NCBI RefSeq assembly: GCF_006345805.1
Contig: NC_043002.1
Span: forward strand, 20,336,001 to 20,400,000
Length of the DNA stretch: 64,000 nt
From: Octopus sinensis
Taxonomy: Eukaryota
Direction of reading: 5' to 3'
The notes beneath the pieces were generated by a model that saw only the letters and a program-made list of their open reading frames with translations, made no database searches and was not told the origin of the DNA. Each line of letters starts with the position of its first letter. Position 1 is the first letter of the stretch. Shown one piece after another: positions 13,319 to 27,513 of this stretch. The position numbers and the translations under genes are program-made.

Positions 13319-13361
13319 TATTTATACATATAATTATCATGGTTATACAGATAAGGATCAG

Positions 13362-13680
13362 AGGCACAATGACCCAGTGGTTAGAGCAGTGGACTCGTGG
13401 TCGGAGATATACATACAGATGGTTTCAATTCCCAGACTGGGCGTTGTGTGAGTTTATTGAGTGAAAACACCTAAAGCTCCATGAGGCTCTAGCAGGGGTG
13501 GTGGCGACCCCTGTTGTACTCTTTTGCCCAACTTTCTCTCACTTTTTCTTCCTGTTTTTTGAGTAACGCTGTGATGGACTGGCGTCCCGTCCAGCTGGGG
13601 GGAACACATACACTATAGAAACCGGGAAACCGGGCACATGAGCCTGGCTAGGCTTGAAAAGGGTGCATAAATAAATAAAT
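13362..13680 (+). mobile_element. tRNA-derived SINE family E with target-site duplication
   Basis: Head aggcacaatgacccagtggttagagcagtggactc...ggtttcaattcccagac, (TAAA)n tail, 15-bp TSD acagataaggatcag at 13347-13361 and 13681-13695. A related copy lies at ~18598-18900. Confidence 0.85.
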
Positions 13681-15559
13681 ACAGATAAGGATCAGCATAA
13701 ATAGTAATAACTGTATATGTGTGTATTTATATATAGACACATGCATATATGTACACATGCATGATCATAAGAGAGAGAAAGAGAGAGAGAGAGAGAGAGC
13801 ATGTGTGTGTGTGTGTCCTATTACCCATCCCATGTACTTATTCCTATGTAACCCATAAAGAAGACACGGATGGTCAAAGCAAGGAGACCTTTGATTGCAG
13901 GCCTGCTCCACAAGGGCTGACTTGGGGTTAAATAACATTAACTTATGCAAAGTTCTAAACAACAACAACAACAACAACAACAACAGCAGCAGCAGCAGCA
14001 ACAATCGAGCAATATTCTTCTGTTCTGTGAAAGAACTCAAAACTTGCAGTAGAAGAATAATTAAATCAATAACATTTACAATATACTGGTTTCAAACAGC
14101 TTCATAAGCCAGACTACAGTTTGTCAAAAAAAAATGTGGAGGTTTGTTCACAGCTGTGTGAACTTAAGGCAGCCGGTATATGAAATTAATTGACAATCAA
14201 TAAATATTATGTATATTTATATAAGTATTTATGTTGGAATCAGCGTGTGTGAGTAATTGAGTGTCTATGTGAGTGTTGATGTAAGGATATCAATTGTGTG
14301 TGTGAGTGTGAGTATGTATGTCTGTACATGAAATGTTTCTCTGTGTTCATAAGTATGTGTCTATATGCATGTATGTGTGCCTCTTGTTCGTAGAACAAAG
14401 AACAAAAATTGTGCATTATACACACACACACACACATATCCATACACATAAATACTGAGTGTCTGTGTGTGTTCAAGCATAGCCATGATATTTGGAAATT
14501 CATTGCCCAACTACAAAACTATGGGTGAGTGTCGGAGGTAGGCAATTACTTTCTGAGTAAAAATTAAGCAGGGGAAAACTGTGCCACAAGCTCCTCCTCC
14601 TCCTCCTCGCTGCTGCCACAACCACTTCCTATTTCTTTATTACCCACAAGGGGCTAAACACAGAGGGGACAAACAAGGACAGACAAATGGACAGACAGTG
14701 CGTAACTGATACTTATTTAATCGAACCCGAAAGGATGAAAGACAAAGTCGACCTCAGCAGAATTTGAACTCAGAACGCAAAGTCAGACGAAATACTGCTA
14801 AGCATTTTGCCTGGTGTGCTAACGTTTCTGCCAGCTCGACACAACCACCTCCATCACCAACCACTTTCCATGTGGGTCACAGTCTGAGTCAAATTCTTAT
14901 TGGGATCCACTACCTTGAAAGACTGGGAGTCATATGGTTTGGTCTCTATGTTTGGATGCCCTTCTTATTATCAATTGCATCATGTGTGTGTGTGAAAAAT
15001 GGTGCACCAAGTCAAATGCCTTCTGTCAAAAGCTAACTTAGCTATTCAATAATGAAAGAGCAATAAAGTAAGCACCAGACTTACGTGAGTACTGAGGCCA
15101 ATACTCTAAAACTAAAGTCATTGACAGTGGTGCTCCAGCATGGCTGCAAACCAATGACTGAAACCAGGGCATTGTGTATGCATGTGTGTGTGTGTGTAGG
15201 TATACCCTTGTCTTGATATCATGCGATAATGTTGCGTCAGCATCACTGTTACACAAGCTGCATTGTTTGTAGTCTTTCATGAAAAACATGTCTGGTCATA
15301 GGGAAAAATTACCTTCCTTGGAAACAGGTAATGGTTGGCAACAGGAAAGGTGTCCGGCTGTACAAGATCTGCCTTGACACAAATTCTGTATGACTTGTGC
15401 AAGCATAGGAAAGTGGTCATTAAACAATGATCGCACACACGCACACACAACATGGAAAACAGATGTTAAATGATGACAACGTTGAAATATGTAAACTGTG
15501 CTTGAAGTCCAATCAAGTGCAAAAAATATCCCATACAGGAATTGAACTACACATCTCGT

Positions 15560-16045
15560 AGGGCGACCTCTTTGGATCGTAGGGTGACCTGCTGTGCTTG
15601 AAGAGACCTATTGAGTCAAGAACATCAACATCAAAATAAAAATCAAATGGAAATTGCAGTTGTGATACCCATGCTGGTGGCACGTAAAAAGCACCATCCA
15701 AACATGGCCGATGCCAGCACCGCCTTGACTGGGGTCTATGCTGGTGACATGTAAAAAGCACCAACTGATCGTGGCCATTGCCAGCCACCTCCGGCCCCTG
15801 TGCCAGTGGCACATAAAAAGCACCAACCAATTATGGCTGTTGCCAGCCTCCTCTGGCCCCTGTGCTGGTGGCACGTAAAAAGCACCCACTACACTGGTTG
15901 GCGTTAGGAAGTGGTTCTACATTCAGCTGTAGAAATATTGCCAGATCAGACTGGAGCCTGGTGCAGCCTCCTGGCTTCCCAGACCCCGGTCGAACCGTCC
16001 AACCCATGCTAGCATGGAAAATGGATGTTAAACGATGATGATCTC
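15560..16045 (+). mobile_element. RTE-type LINE 3' end (family D)
   Basis: Subrepeats plus the conserved terminus and (GAT)n tail. Confidence 0.8.
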
Positions 16046-16159
16046 ATACCAACAGCACAAGACTATATTTACATTCTCATCTCTTGCAAATAAATATTAC
16101 TAGATTTTTCAAACTGAACTTATTGATTATGTTGGAAATAATTTGTTCATATATATAGG

Positions 16160-16560
16160 TATAGGCATATATGTGTGATTAAGAAGCTTGCTTAGCAACC
16201 ATGTGATTTCAAGTTCAGTCCCACTTCACAGCACCTTGGGCAAATGTCTTCTACTATAGCCTTGGGCTGACCAATGCTTTGGAAGTGAATTTGGAAGGTG
16301 GAAACTGTGTGGGAACCTGCTGTATGCATGCATGTGTGTGTGGGGGGGGGGTCTTTGTGTTTGTTCCTTGCCCCACTGCTTGATAACCAGTGTTGGTTTG
16401 TTTACATCATTGTAACATCATAGTTCAGCACAACAGGCTGATAGAATACATACCAGACTTAAAAATGAAGATAAGTACTGGGATCAATTTGCTGTGCTAA
16501 ACCACTTCTAGGCAGTGCCTCAGCATGGCTGCAGTCCAATGACTGAAACAAGCATAAGAG
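16160..16560 (+). mobile_element. Older tRNA-SINE family A copy
   Basis: Diverged family A head and body. Further copies at ~20350-20760, 20960-21345, 35540-35830 (+). Confidence 0.75.
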
Positions 16561-19483
16561 GATCAACGATATAAGAAACTGAGAAAGAAAGAAAAACACA
16601 AATGACAAAGACTACAAAGAGTAAGAAAACCTATCAAAGGTGACAAGTAAATGATAGAGAGATATTTAATAGATGCAAGTGCAAAAACAAAAAACAAAAA
16701 AAAACACTCAGCATGGGGCTTTGACATCACATCTTATCCAATGTTTATATTTAGAAACAATTTTCTTAAACGTTCATTTAATTAAGTTGTCAATAAACTG
16801 TGCCCCACAGCAGTTTGTTTTTACCTCATTTCTATCTGTAAGCAAATTATACAGATGGCTGCTGGCTCTTCTCAGTTTATCCACCCTTTATACATACATA
16901 TATACATACATACATATATATATATATAACATACAGATAGAGAAAATCACATCTTTAATTGTTAAAGTCACCATACAAAGCTGACAATCATTTCTGGTGT
17001 ATCAACAACATATTTAGATATAGAAAATATCTTTCAAAATAATATGTCCGAAAGCAACATTTTCAAGGCGCTCCAAAATTAGTTAAATCCAAAGTGAACT
17101 AAGAAAATATTTCCAGTTTGTGAATGCATATATGCAGGTTTTGTTTTCAATTCTGTGTTGCTTTTTTTTCTCTTTTGAATATAAACGACAAAAATGTATT
17201 TCTCACAAAATTTACGCCAAATACAAGCAGTTTCATTTAGATTAAAATACCAGCTATTCCAGCCATTGCAAAACCTTTCACCACAGTTCATTCTTTCTCT
17301 TTGCCACTCTTATATCTAAAGCACCAAACTGCCATTCATTCATTCTCTGTCTGAGTTCATTCATGGGCAAATGAGCAATGGGTGCTTGAGAAAGTATGTG
17401 AGTGGAGAGGGAGTGAGTTGGTGACGAATGGTTAGGTTTAGGGTTTTAGGACTAAGGTTTAAGGTTAGGATTAGGTTTTACAGTTAGAATCTATAGAACT
17501 TAGGGTTAGACTTAGATGAGATGAGAAATCTTTTCCTTTTGTTTTTTGAAAGATCAAATTTGTGAAGGTTTTTCACCCACAACCATAATCGGTAATGTTT
17601 AAAACTTAGAGATCTTAAAATTTCCTAAATAAATTGAAAATTAAAAAGATATGGAGCCGTATGGTTACTGCATAACTCTGCCATACACATGCACATGTAC
17701 ACACACACACACACACACACACACATCATTCTGACATCTCTGTCTTCATTCCTGCTACTTCCACTCTTAAAATAATGCAAAGTAGCTATGCATCTCCTCC
17801 GTTGCAAGACACTTTCACCTGACCATTGGTCATGCTTCAGCCACTCACTACTGAGCACAAATATCTCCTTCTTCACTACAATCCCACTCAGTTGAGAGGG
17901 CTTTTTCTTTCACCTGGAAGCTACATGGTGACCACGGCATTAGGAAGAGCATCCAGTCAGAGAAATCATGCCAAAGCAGGCACTGGAGTTCAATGAAGTC
18001 TTCCTGTATACTGGATCCCATTAAACCATTCAACCAGTTTTAGCATGGAACATCATCATTATCATCATCATCGTTTAACGTCTGCTTTGCATGCTAGCAT
18101 AGGGTGGACGATTTGACTGAGGGCTGGCGAACCAGATGGCTGCACCAAGCTCCAATCTTGATCTGGCAGAGTTTCTATAGCTGGATGCCCTTCCTAACAC
18201 CAACCACTCCGAGAGTGTAGAACACAGACGTTAAATGACGATGATGATGACAACATACATACTAGAATCAATTCATCTACAAGGATGATATCTTGGAATT
18301 TCTTCCTGAGTATCTAACTTTCTTTGCATGACTTCATTCTAGCTTTCAACTTCCTTGCTTTGCCACACATGTTGCACTTCAAACCAAGTCACTAGGGATA
18401 CTGCACTTGCTTCATATCATCATGCCCTCTCATGCAGCTCTTGAAACCAACAAGAGAAAGACAGATTCTTCCACATATTTCACATTCACTACTTTTGTCC
18501 ACAGCTTTTGATGCTGCAGCTTGCTTCCTCTTCTGAATTGCTCTTTTGTATGATGCGCACTGAATTCATCCCCCTCTCAAATAATGCATGCATGCTGTGG
18601 AGGCACATGGCCTAGTAGTTAGAGCAGCGAATTTGCAGTCGAAGGATCATGGGTTCGAATTTCAGACCGGGCGATGTGTGTGTTTATGAGCGAAATACCT
18701 AAGCTCCACACAGCTGTAGCAGAAGGTAATGGCGAACTTCTGCTGACTCTTTCGCCACAACTTTCTCTCATTCTTTCCTCCTGCATCTTGCAGCTCACCT
18801 GTGATGGACTGGTGTCCCATCCAGGCGGGGAACCTATATGCCAAGGAAACCGGGAAAACAGCTCTTATGAGCCAGGTATGGCTCGAGAAGGAACGAACAA
18901 AATAATGCATGCATGCACACATATATAATATCAATACAGATTAGGTGAAATAACCATCAGAAATACTTTGCTCCAAGCTGTACAGCAGAAACTACTTAAA
19001 GATGCTGCAAGCTATTTCTCTTAATGGTACTGCATTAGAAGGAGAGACATTATTGGGATCCTTTCTGAATCTTCAGCAAGTAAACTGAGGGTCATGCGCA
19101 TTTTAACCTTTAGCCTGCACACTTCATCTGAGTGCAGCAGAGAGAGCTGAATTAATTTTTGTTTGCAGAAGGTTTACATCTGTTGCCTCCTATCTACATG
19201 GTATATATATTTGAAAATATATACTAATTGATTTTTCATAGTTGGAATAGCATTGTGTTTTTATTTTAACAGTAGGTTATTTAACCACAAATAATATTTT
19301 AAGAAGTAAAAAAGAAATGTATCTAGCTGTTACAGGCAATATACACATTGCAATCAAAATTATGTTATATGCACAGTTACAATGGTTCTTAATTAACAAA
19401 CAAGTCACCAATTGTATTCTTTACCTTCAAGGTAACAGCAGGTGTATATGTATACATATATATATATATATATATATATAGAT

Positions 19484-19559
19484 GAGTAACAAAGATGTAC
19501 AGGTGTCAAAAATTTGTTTGTACTTCAAACAAATTGACACCTGTACATCTTTGTTACTC
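19484..19559. repeat. 76-nt hairpin (fold-back)
   Basis: gagtaacaaagatgtacaggtgtcaa / ttgacacctgtacatctttgttactc (26 bp perfect) plus inner atttgtttg / caaacaaat and loop tactt. Confidence 0.85.
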
Positions 19560-19861
19560 GTTTATATTCTGTTCACCAAAGTTGGAATCTGAACTTCAAA
19601 ATTACTATTGAAAGCACCTTTATAAGTACATGTCTGAATTACCAAGAGCGGATATCTTCACTTAGCTGGGTTGCATTAGTCTGCACACATGGTAGGGATA
19701 TCAAGTACAAACACTTCAGCATGGAGTCTTGTTATTCAATATTTAATTAATATTGTTTGTGAGTGTAGATTATACCAACCTAGCAAGGTGCCCCAATTTA
19801 AGTACTTAATTCAACTGAATCATACACACACACACACAGACACACACACACACACACACAC

Positions 19862-20080
19862 AAAGGGGTACTGAAAAATTCCTGGTGTTTGGTAAAAACA
19901 AAATGCAGGAGGATCAATTAATTATGATTTTATTCAACATATTCCCCTCTCAGATTCACACACTTATTGAAGCAGTCAATCAGGCTTTCTAAGCCCTGTT
20001 AAAGAACTCAGTAGCTTGGGTCTCCAACCAGGCCTTTTACGAAACCCTTAAAGCCAAGATATATTCAGCATTATCTCATA
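19862..20080. mobile_element. mariner-derived MITE
   Basis: TIR-like aggggtactgaaaaattcctgg ... aaagccaagatatattcagca. An inverted copy of the same family lies at ~23060-23262. Confidence 0.65.
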
Positions 20081-20283
20081 TATATCATTAGAAAAAATCA
20101 AAGGTCCTTCCTGATCCATAAGCTCATATGGGCATATATTCCTCACCTGAATGAGATGCAGGTCTGTCACAAGATTACTCAGTTCTGGCAGCTGAGTGAA
20201 CTGGAGCAACGTGAACCGAATTGTTTAGCTCAAGAATCAAAACCACAATCTAACAATCACAAATGCACCTTAATCACTAAGCC

Positions 20284-20344
<61 letters not shown>

Positions 20345-20539
20345 TATGTACACATCTTATAGCAGTTTATAAGCACAAGAGTGGCTATGTGATTGAGAAT
20401 TTTGTTCCCAGCTACCAGGTTTCACTGTGTAGCACCTTGGGCAAGTATCTTTTACTATAGCCTCAGGCTGACCAAAGCCTTGTGAGTGGATTTAGACTTT
20501 GTAGACAGAAACTGAAGGACGCCTATCATATATAAATGT

Positions 20540-20580
<41 letters not shown>

Positions 20581-22449
20581 CTTGTCTTAGCATCATAAAA
20601 TAGTTGTAAATGGGCATCACCATCATACAAGCAGTGTCCTTTGTTTCTAATCTTTCACGAAACCTGATCAAGGTCAGAGCATCCAGCAATAGAAAAGCAA
20701 TGAATTCTGCCTGACTCATGCGAGCATAGGAAAGTGGAGGTTAAAATGACAATGCTGAATTTATGTGTGTGTGTAATAAGAGTTTGACTTAGCATCTCTG
20801 AAAAGAAATATCCGATGAGACGGAGGTATCCTATACATGTGGAACTAAATCAAGCTGTTATCAAATACATGTAATTCCAACTATTATGTGTTGAGTGCCA
20901 CTCTCCCTCCTTCACTCACTCAAATATGTGTATATACTACATATATAATGTATAGACATACCTGTGGTGCTGTATGATAAGAAGTTTGTTTCCCAATTAC
21001 ATGGTTCTGGGGTCAGTCCCACTGCTTGGCACTTTGGGCAAGTGCCTTCTACTATAGCCTTGGGCTGATCAAAGCTTTGTGAGCAGAACTGGGAGACAGA
21101 AACTGAAAGAAGCCCATCATATAATATGTGTGGGTGTGTGTTTGTGTTTGCCTCCCACCACCACTTTACAACCTGTGTTGGTGTGTTTGTGTCCTCATAA
21201 CTAAGCAGTTCAGCTTAAAAGACCAGTAGAAAAAAAAGTACCAAACTTAAATACCACAAGTACTGGGGTCACTTCATTCATCTAAAATTCTTCAAGGTAG
21301 TGCCCCAGCATGGCCACAGTCTAATGACTGAAGCAAGTAAAAGCTAAAGTATATATGAAGCGTCAGTCCAGGGTAGCAGATTGATGGAACTGTTAGGGCA
21401 TTAGACAAGATGTCCCAAGATCTGTTCCGGCTCTTTGCACTCTGGGTCCAAATTCTGCTTAGGTGTTGATGGCTAACACTAATCATCCTACCACAAGAGA
21501 ACTCTGTCCAACACACAATTTGCCAGAGAGGACTGTAGGCTTGCAACTAGCATAGATAACCAGTAATGCAATGTTGAAACTTCACCCAGCAACAAAAGCT
21601 GAATGGAAAATATGTATGTGTCTGTATGTCATCATCATCGTCATTTAACATCTGTTTTCTATGCTGGAATGGACTGGATCATTTGACAGGATTTAGTGAG
21701 CTGCCAGGCTGCATTGAGCTTTCTAAGTGTGTGTGTGTGTGTGTGTGTGTGTATGCATGCGCACACACTCATTATGTTTACACCTTTTTATGCATTCCCA
21801 TGTGTGCTTGAATGTTCATATGCATTTGTGTGTTTGTGTGGGTGTGGGTGGGTGTGTAGGAATAAAAATAACCATAAATAGATTAATGTTCCTGAAACAA
21901 AAATCTCAAGCAAGCAACAGTGCAATCCAGTATTGATTAAGTATGCGAAACAGTGAAAGTACACATGGCCCAGAAAGAAAGAGAGAGATAGGGAGGGAGA
22001 GGAAGGAGAATGATAAGATGTGGGGGAGGAGAAAGTGGTGCTTGTAAGCAAATGGATTCTGGTGTGTCAATAGAAGCGTAGGCTGGAATGGCCGTCCTCA
22101 ACTTGGCTGTGCGCCAGAAGATAGGAGTTCTACTAACCACCAGTTCAGGCCTCAACAATGATGGGGGTTATAAACCTGCCACCGAGATAAAAATGATTTT
22201 TTTTGTTTCCATTTCCTTATATTCGTGTGCTGCTGCAAAGCCGACACAACTATTGTGGTTGCAAAAGCAGCTAATCCAGTGGCCAAAACTCACATGTACC
22301 AATATAAAGGTCAATAGCTACAACAACAACAACAACAACAACAACCGTTACTGCTGATTTTAATGCGATCACTGATACCGCTGCTCCACCTCTAAGCTAC
22401 TTCCTGGTTTCAATTGGTGATATTTCTCATCATTAACATCTCCATATAT

Positions 22450-22796
22450 ATGTATACACACACACTCATTCATACACATAGCCACTCTTATACACACACA
22501 CAGACACACACACACATATATATATACACACACATTCATACGCATAGCCTCTTATACACACACACACACACAAACATACACACACACCACCTCTCTAATA
22601 CATACACACACCCTCTCTTATACTTACACACACACATACCCTCTCTAATACATACACACGCACACACATATATATATACACACACACACACATTCATACA
22701 CATAGCCTCTCTTATACACACACATATACACACACATCCTCTCTAATACATACACACACACCTCATACACACACTCTCTTATATACACACACACAC

Positions 22797-22857
<61 letters not shown>

Positions 22858-22870
22858 TACACACACACAT
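22450..22870. repeat. CA-rich minisatellite/microsatellite
   Basis: Repeated 'cctctctaatacatacacaca / ctctcttatacacaca' units merging into (CA)n. Confidence 0.8.
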
Positions 22871-24289
22871 ATATAGTGGAGGATCTCAGTTGGATGGCAA
22901 TAAGAATTCAGTAGTTTGATCAACCGAATAACCTGCTTCTGAATTATTGCATAACTTGCAGAGCATTACACAGACACGTGTACCTTTAACATAATACTCA
23001 GGCAGAATCAGCAGAGCACAGTGTACAGGTGCATGTATACACACACACACACACACATGTACATATGAGGATTTTAAGGGTATCACAAAAGGCCTGACTG
23101 GAGACCCAACCTTTTGAGTTCTTTTACAAGGCTTAGAAAAACTGAAGCATCGCTGCAATAAGTGTGTGAATCTGAGTAGGGAACATGCTGCATAAAATTG
23201 TAATTAACTGATCCTCCTGTATTTTCTTTTACCAAAAGCCGGGAACTTTTCAGAAGCCCTTATAGCATAATATCAATCAGCCGAACACCTTACATCCAGA
23301 TTTTGCAGCCTTATGCAATTGTAAGAAAGCTTTATAATTATTATGGAAAAAGTTGACAGACTGATAGAAAGTTTGGCAAAATGCTTTGGGGAATTTAGTT
23401 TTGGTTCTTCACATTCTGCTTCCAAATCCGACAGTTGTAGGGGAAAGCTAACCTTGCCTTTCATTTTTTAAGGGGTGATAAGATAAGTATCAACCAAGAT
23501 TTTTTTTCATTTATTTTTATTAAGCCCTCGGACCATAAGGCCAGTTACCCAGTTTTCATGGCATATGAGGGACAGAGATCACAACATTCCCTCTAAACAG
23601 AATGCTGGTCTGTTGCAGGATTTGAGTCCAGCAATTTTTGAAGGGAGGGGACAAGTTGATTACACCAACCACAGTACTTGACAAGTATTTTTATTCCATC
23701 AGTCTCGAAAGGATGAAAGGCAAAGTTGACCCTAGCAGGATTTGAACCCAGAATTTAAGAACTGGAAGAAATGCTGCTAAGCATTTTGTTTGAGTTAACA
23801 ATTCTCACCGCCTTCAGGTTGATTTAATCACATGTTTGTGTTCATAAGATTTTTAGCCTTAAGTATGATTAAATGACAAGCTATATAAAGTATCAAATAA
23901 TTTATTTTTAGTTTTTATTTACTTTGTTTCAAGAGTATCCCAGAAACCAGGAACCAAATCAGAAATTTTTCAAAGCTACAATGAGATGACTGATTCAAAT
24001 TTTCAATTTCTGCAGTAAATATTCAAATTTAAATAGAGAACAATCCGAATGAAAAATGAACAAAATTTAGCACAATACAATACATATTATTTCAAATAAA
24101 AACAATTTTTATACAATTTATGATAACAATACTATCCGGGATAATTATGAATTATAATCGATACTTGTCCAACACCATGCACAAGAAAACGGAGAACGCT
24201 TTTAAGTGATTGTTATCCAATTCAAATTTCAACAATACAAATCAGAATTAATGCAGTTTATGGTAATTACATAATTTAGGTTAATTAAG

Positions 24290-25020
24290 AATTTATTTTA
24301 TAAATCTATCATCATGTGTAAGAACACAGAGAACACTTGTAAATGTTTGTTACTGCAGTCATTCTCTCTCCACATCAATTCCTTCATTTATAATTTAGGA
24401 AAACAGCTGGATAGCACAACTTTGATTCCTTAATTTCTCTTCAGCCCTCTTTCAGACTGAATAGACTGAGTATGGATAATGTCAACATGATCCACAAAAT
24501 TACTTTCATCTACACCCCATGTTATGAATGCATTTTCCACCACCTTTAATTTGGTCTTTACTGACATATGCATCCAATTCATCACAGGTCCCTAAACAGG
24601 GAAATATTTTTTTTCTGTGCTGTGCTCCATTCCCCTGGATATCCATTGATGCAGACCCATCCTACCAACTGCATATTTTCAAGTGTAGGAAAAACAGTTT
24701 CATCAATTCCAACCAATTTTATGCTTTCTATTACCATTCATACCACCAATTCCATTGAAATTGTCCTCAATCTATTCGTAGCAAACATTTCTGTGCTAAA
24801 TTCTCCCCAGTCAGTAACTGCATATTAACTTATTTTCATTGTGAACAAAAATTGAGAATGTCGAATAATAGCTTTGAAAAACTTGGACCCGATTTAAGAC
24901 GAATTAATTATTTTATAAGAAAAGAGACATAGGATAATGTAGATTTGAATACATTTTGTCTTAAAAAGTTTATGGATTAATCACAGTTAAAACACCTTTG
25001 ATCGTGCATTTTCTTCGACA
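24290..25020 (-). pseudogene. Degenerate Merlin (IS1016/IS1595-related) transposase
   Basis: Minus-strand translation with frameshifts gives TDWGEFSTEMF..., GIGG...VGIDETVF and ESNFVDHVDIIHTQSIQSE. These resemble the Merlin/ISXO2-like motifs VDW.NF.RE, IGG...VEIDES.F and NFVDP.TG.HTQ.IE. Confidence 0.6.
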
Positions 25021-25632
25021 GGGATCATCATCATCATCATCATTTAACGTCCGCTTTCCATGACGATTCAAATGAGGTCTGGCGAACCAGATGGCTGCAC
25101 CAGACTCCAATCTGATCTGGCAGAGTTTCTACAGCTAGATGCCTTTCCTAACACCAACCACTCCTAGAGTGTAGTGGGTGCTTTTACGTGCCACCGGCAC
25201 AAGGGCCAGTCAGGTGGTACTGGCAATGGCCACGCTCAAATGATGCTTTTTATCTTCCACCTGCACAGGATTGACTTATTGAAATTTGAATAGGAATAAT
25301 GCTTGAACAAGACAGGAAAGCTGGCACACGTTTGCCTCATGATTAGAGAAAGAAAACAAATTGTGTCAACTTGTTGATCAAATCTGGGGAGGGAGAGAGA
25401 AGGAGGGAAGAAATAGAGGAGGAGGAGGAGGTAAATGAAATGTAATTTTTCTTTTTTGAACTTTTTTCTCACTGTTACTTAACCCACCTGTAACGCTTTC
25501 ATATGATTAGTTGAAGGGAAAGATGAAGAGTGAAAGAAAAGGAGAGAGAAAAATAAGATAAAGCAAAGAGAGAGAGAAAGAGGGAAAGTGGTGTATTAAG
25601 TCTATGGAATTGTTCATAAAGTAAAGCGCAAA

Positions 25633-25852
25633 CCCTTTAGTTACCAACCCGGCTGAAACTGGCTCTAGTTCTGAGAACAAATGTCTTGTTTTCATAAGTT
25701 TTGAATTAAAATCTTCCACCAAACCTTAGTCACAATTTATGCTCCTAACACTAGCTGAATGATAACTAAGTTATCTTACTAAATTCTTTGTTATATTTAA
25801 AGTAATTGAAAGGAACACAGAGCATCTCAAAATAAATACAGTAACGAAAGTA
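25633..25852. mobile_element. piggyBac-like MITE
   Basis: Ends ccctttagttac ... gtaacgaaag with degenerate TTAA-like flanks. Confidence 0.55.
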
Positions 25853-25991
25853 TTAAGTAATCATTCTATTCCAATTTCCTTCACTTTTCAATAATTAACA
25901 GATGAGCGACTATCTTTTGATACAGACACAACACAGGTTACACTTTCAGGTTTTTTGGATAAAGTTTTCAGAAATAACCTGATAAGTTTAC

Positions 25992-26023
25992 CATTAATTT
26001 CCATGAAATATTCATGGGTCCTC
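25992..26023 (-). CDS. Candidate 32-nt internal exon (RTHEYFMEIN), unidentified
   Basis: Acceptor tttaatgattttaactag, donor ATG|GTAAAC. Phase 2 to 1 fits after 28731-28774. Confidence 0.3.
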
Positions 26024-26499
26024 CTAGTTAAAATCATTAAAAGATTAGCATGAAATAGTAAGTGCAACAATAAGAGGAGCTTTGAAATGACAGGGTAATT
26101 CACTGTACTATTACTCATGACCAATGCACTTAGCTCTCACTAATCTAGGACAACTAACTGCACTTAAATTTCCTATTCTACTCTAAGCACAAGGTCCAAA
26201 ATTTTGGGGGAGGGGGGCCAATCGATTAAATTGACCCCAGTATGCAACTGGTACTTAATTTATCGACCCTGAAAGGATAAAAGGCAAAGTCGACCTTGGT
26301 GGAATTTGAACTCAGAATGTGAAGACAGACAAAATACCACTAAGCATTTCACCTGGCATGCCAATGCTCCTGCTAGTTTGCCACTTTGCTGCACTTAAGT
26401 ATCACAAAATGGAACTTAGTTTCCTATAGTACAAAGTAGAAGCAACCCTGGAAAGCTGGTCTGTATTTGCCAATAAGTTGGAGAAAGAAAACAAAATCA

Positions 26500-26830
26500 T
26501 CATCATCATCATTGTTTAATGTCCGTTTTCCACGCTAGCATGGGTTGGACGGTTCAACCAGGGTCTGGGAAGCCAGGAGGCTGCACCAGGCTCCAGTCTG
26601 AACTGACAGTGTTTCTACAGTTGGATGCCCTTCCTAACGCAGTAGTGGGTGCTTTTTACATGCAACCAGCACAGGGGCCAGGGGAGGCTGGCAATGTCCA
26701 CGATCAGTTGTGCTTTTTACGTGCCACCGGCACGGACGCCTGTCAAGGCGGCGCTGTTATCGGCCGCGTTCAGATGGTGTTTTTACATGCCACCGGCATG
26801 GGTATCACAACTACAATTTATCTTAATGGT
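26500..26830 (-). mobile_element. RTE-type LINE 3' end (family D)
   Basis: Same terminus. Other copies at ~18060-18220, 25030-25260, 62940-63140 (-) and 32680-33020, 40360-40640, 59400-59605 (+). Confidence 0.8.
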
Positions 26831-27188
26831 AATTGTTAGCAACTTCTCCACAAAAATAAGATCACTTAAAGAAATTAAGAATAAATTTTGCAGAAAATTA
26901 CTAATCACCATGCCTAAATTTGACAACTACACAGATCAACATTGTAAAATATTTGGAGATCAGTAAATTTATATTACTGAAGCACAAATAAATTTACAGT
27001 ATTAAGGCATGGTTCATCATCATCATTATCATCATCATCATCCTTTAATGTCTGTTTTCCATGCTGGTATGGATTGGATGGTTTGACAGGAGCTGGCTAG
27101 GTAGAAGACTGCACAAAGCTTCAGTGTCTGTTTTGGCATGGATAGATTTATATTATTAAAGCATAGGTAAATTTATGATGTGAAAGTT

Positions 27189-27513
27189 CATGGCTCAGTG
27201 GTTAGGGCATTGGGCTCACAATCATGAGGTAGTGAGTTCAATTCCTGGATCAGGCTGTGTGCTGTGTTCTTGAGCAAGACACTTTATTTCATGTTGCTCC
27301 AGTTCACTCAGCTGTAGAAATAAGTAGCAACATCACTGGTGCCTAGCTGTATCAGCCTTTGCCTTTCCCTTGGATAACATCGGTGGCACAGAGAGGGGAG
27401 GCTGATATGCATGCACAACCACGGGTCTTCCATAAACAACCTTACCCAGACTTGTGCTTCAGAGGATAACTTTCTAAGTGCAATCCCATGGTCACTCATG
27501 ACTGAATGGGGTC
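27189..27513 (+). mobile_element. tRNA-derived SINE family C
   Basis: Head catggctcagtggttaggg...gagttcaattcctgga, body cttgagcaagacactttatttc...cactcagctgtagaaat. A second copy lies at 53452-53771. Confidence 0.85.

Noticed and set aside
13362-13440. tRNA genes (here and at other SINE heads such as 18598, 27189, 42428)
   Set aside because: Only A/B-box-like heads continuing into SINE bodies; no complete cloverleaf or acceptor stem.
18960-19201. Several 20-40 codon frames on both strands with partial splice signals
   Set aside because: Mutually incompatible; none stands out.
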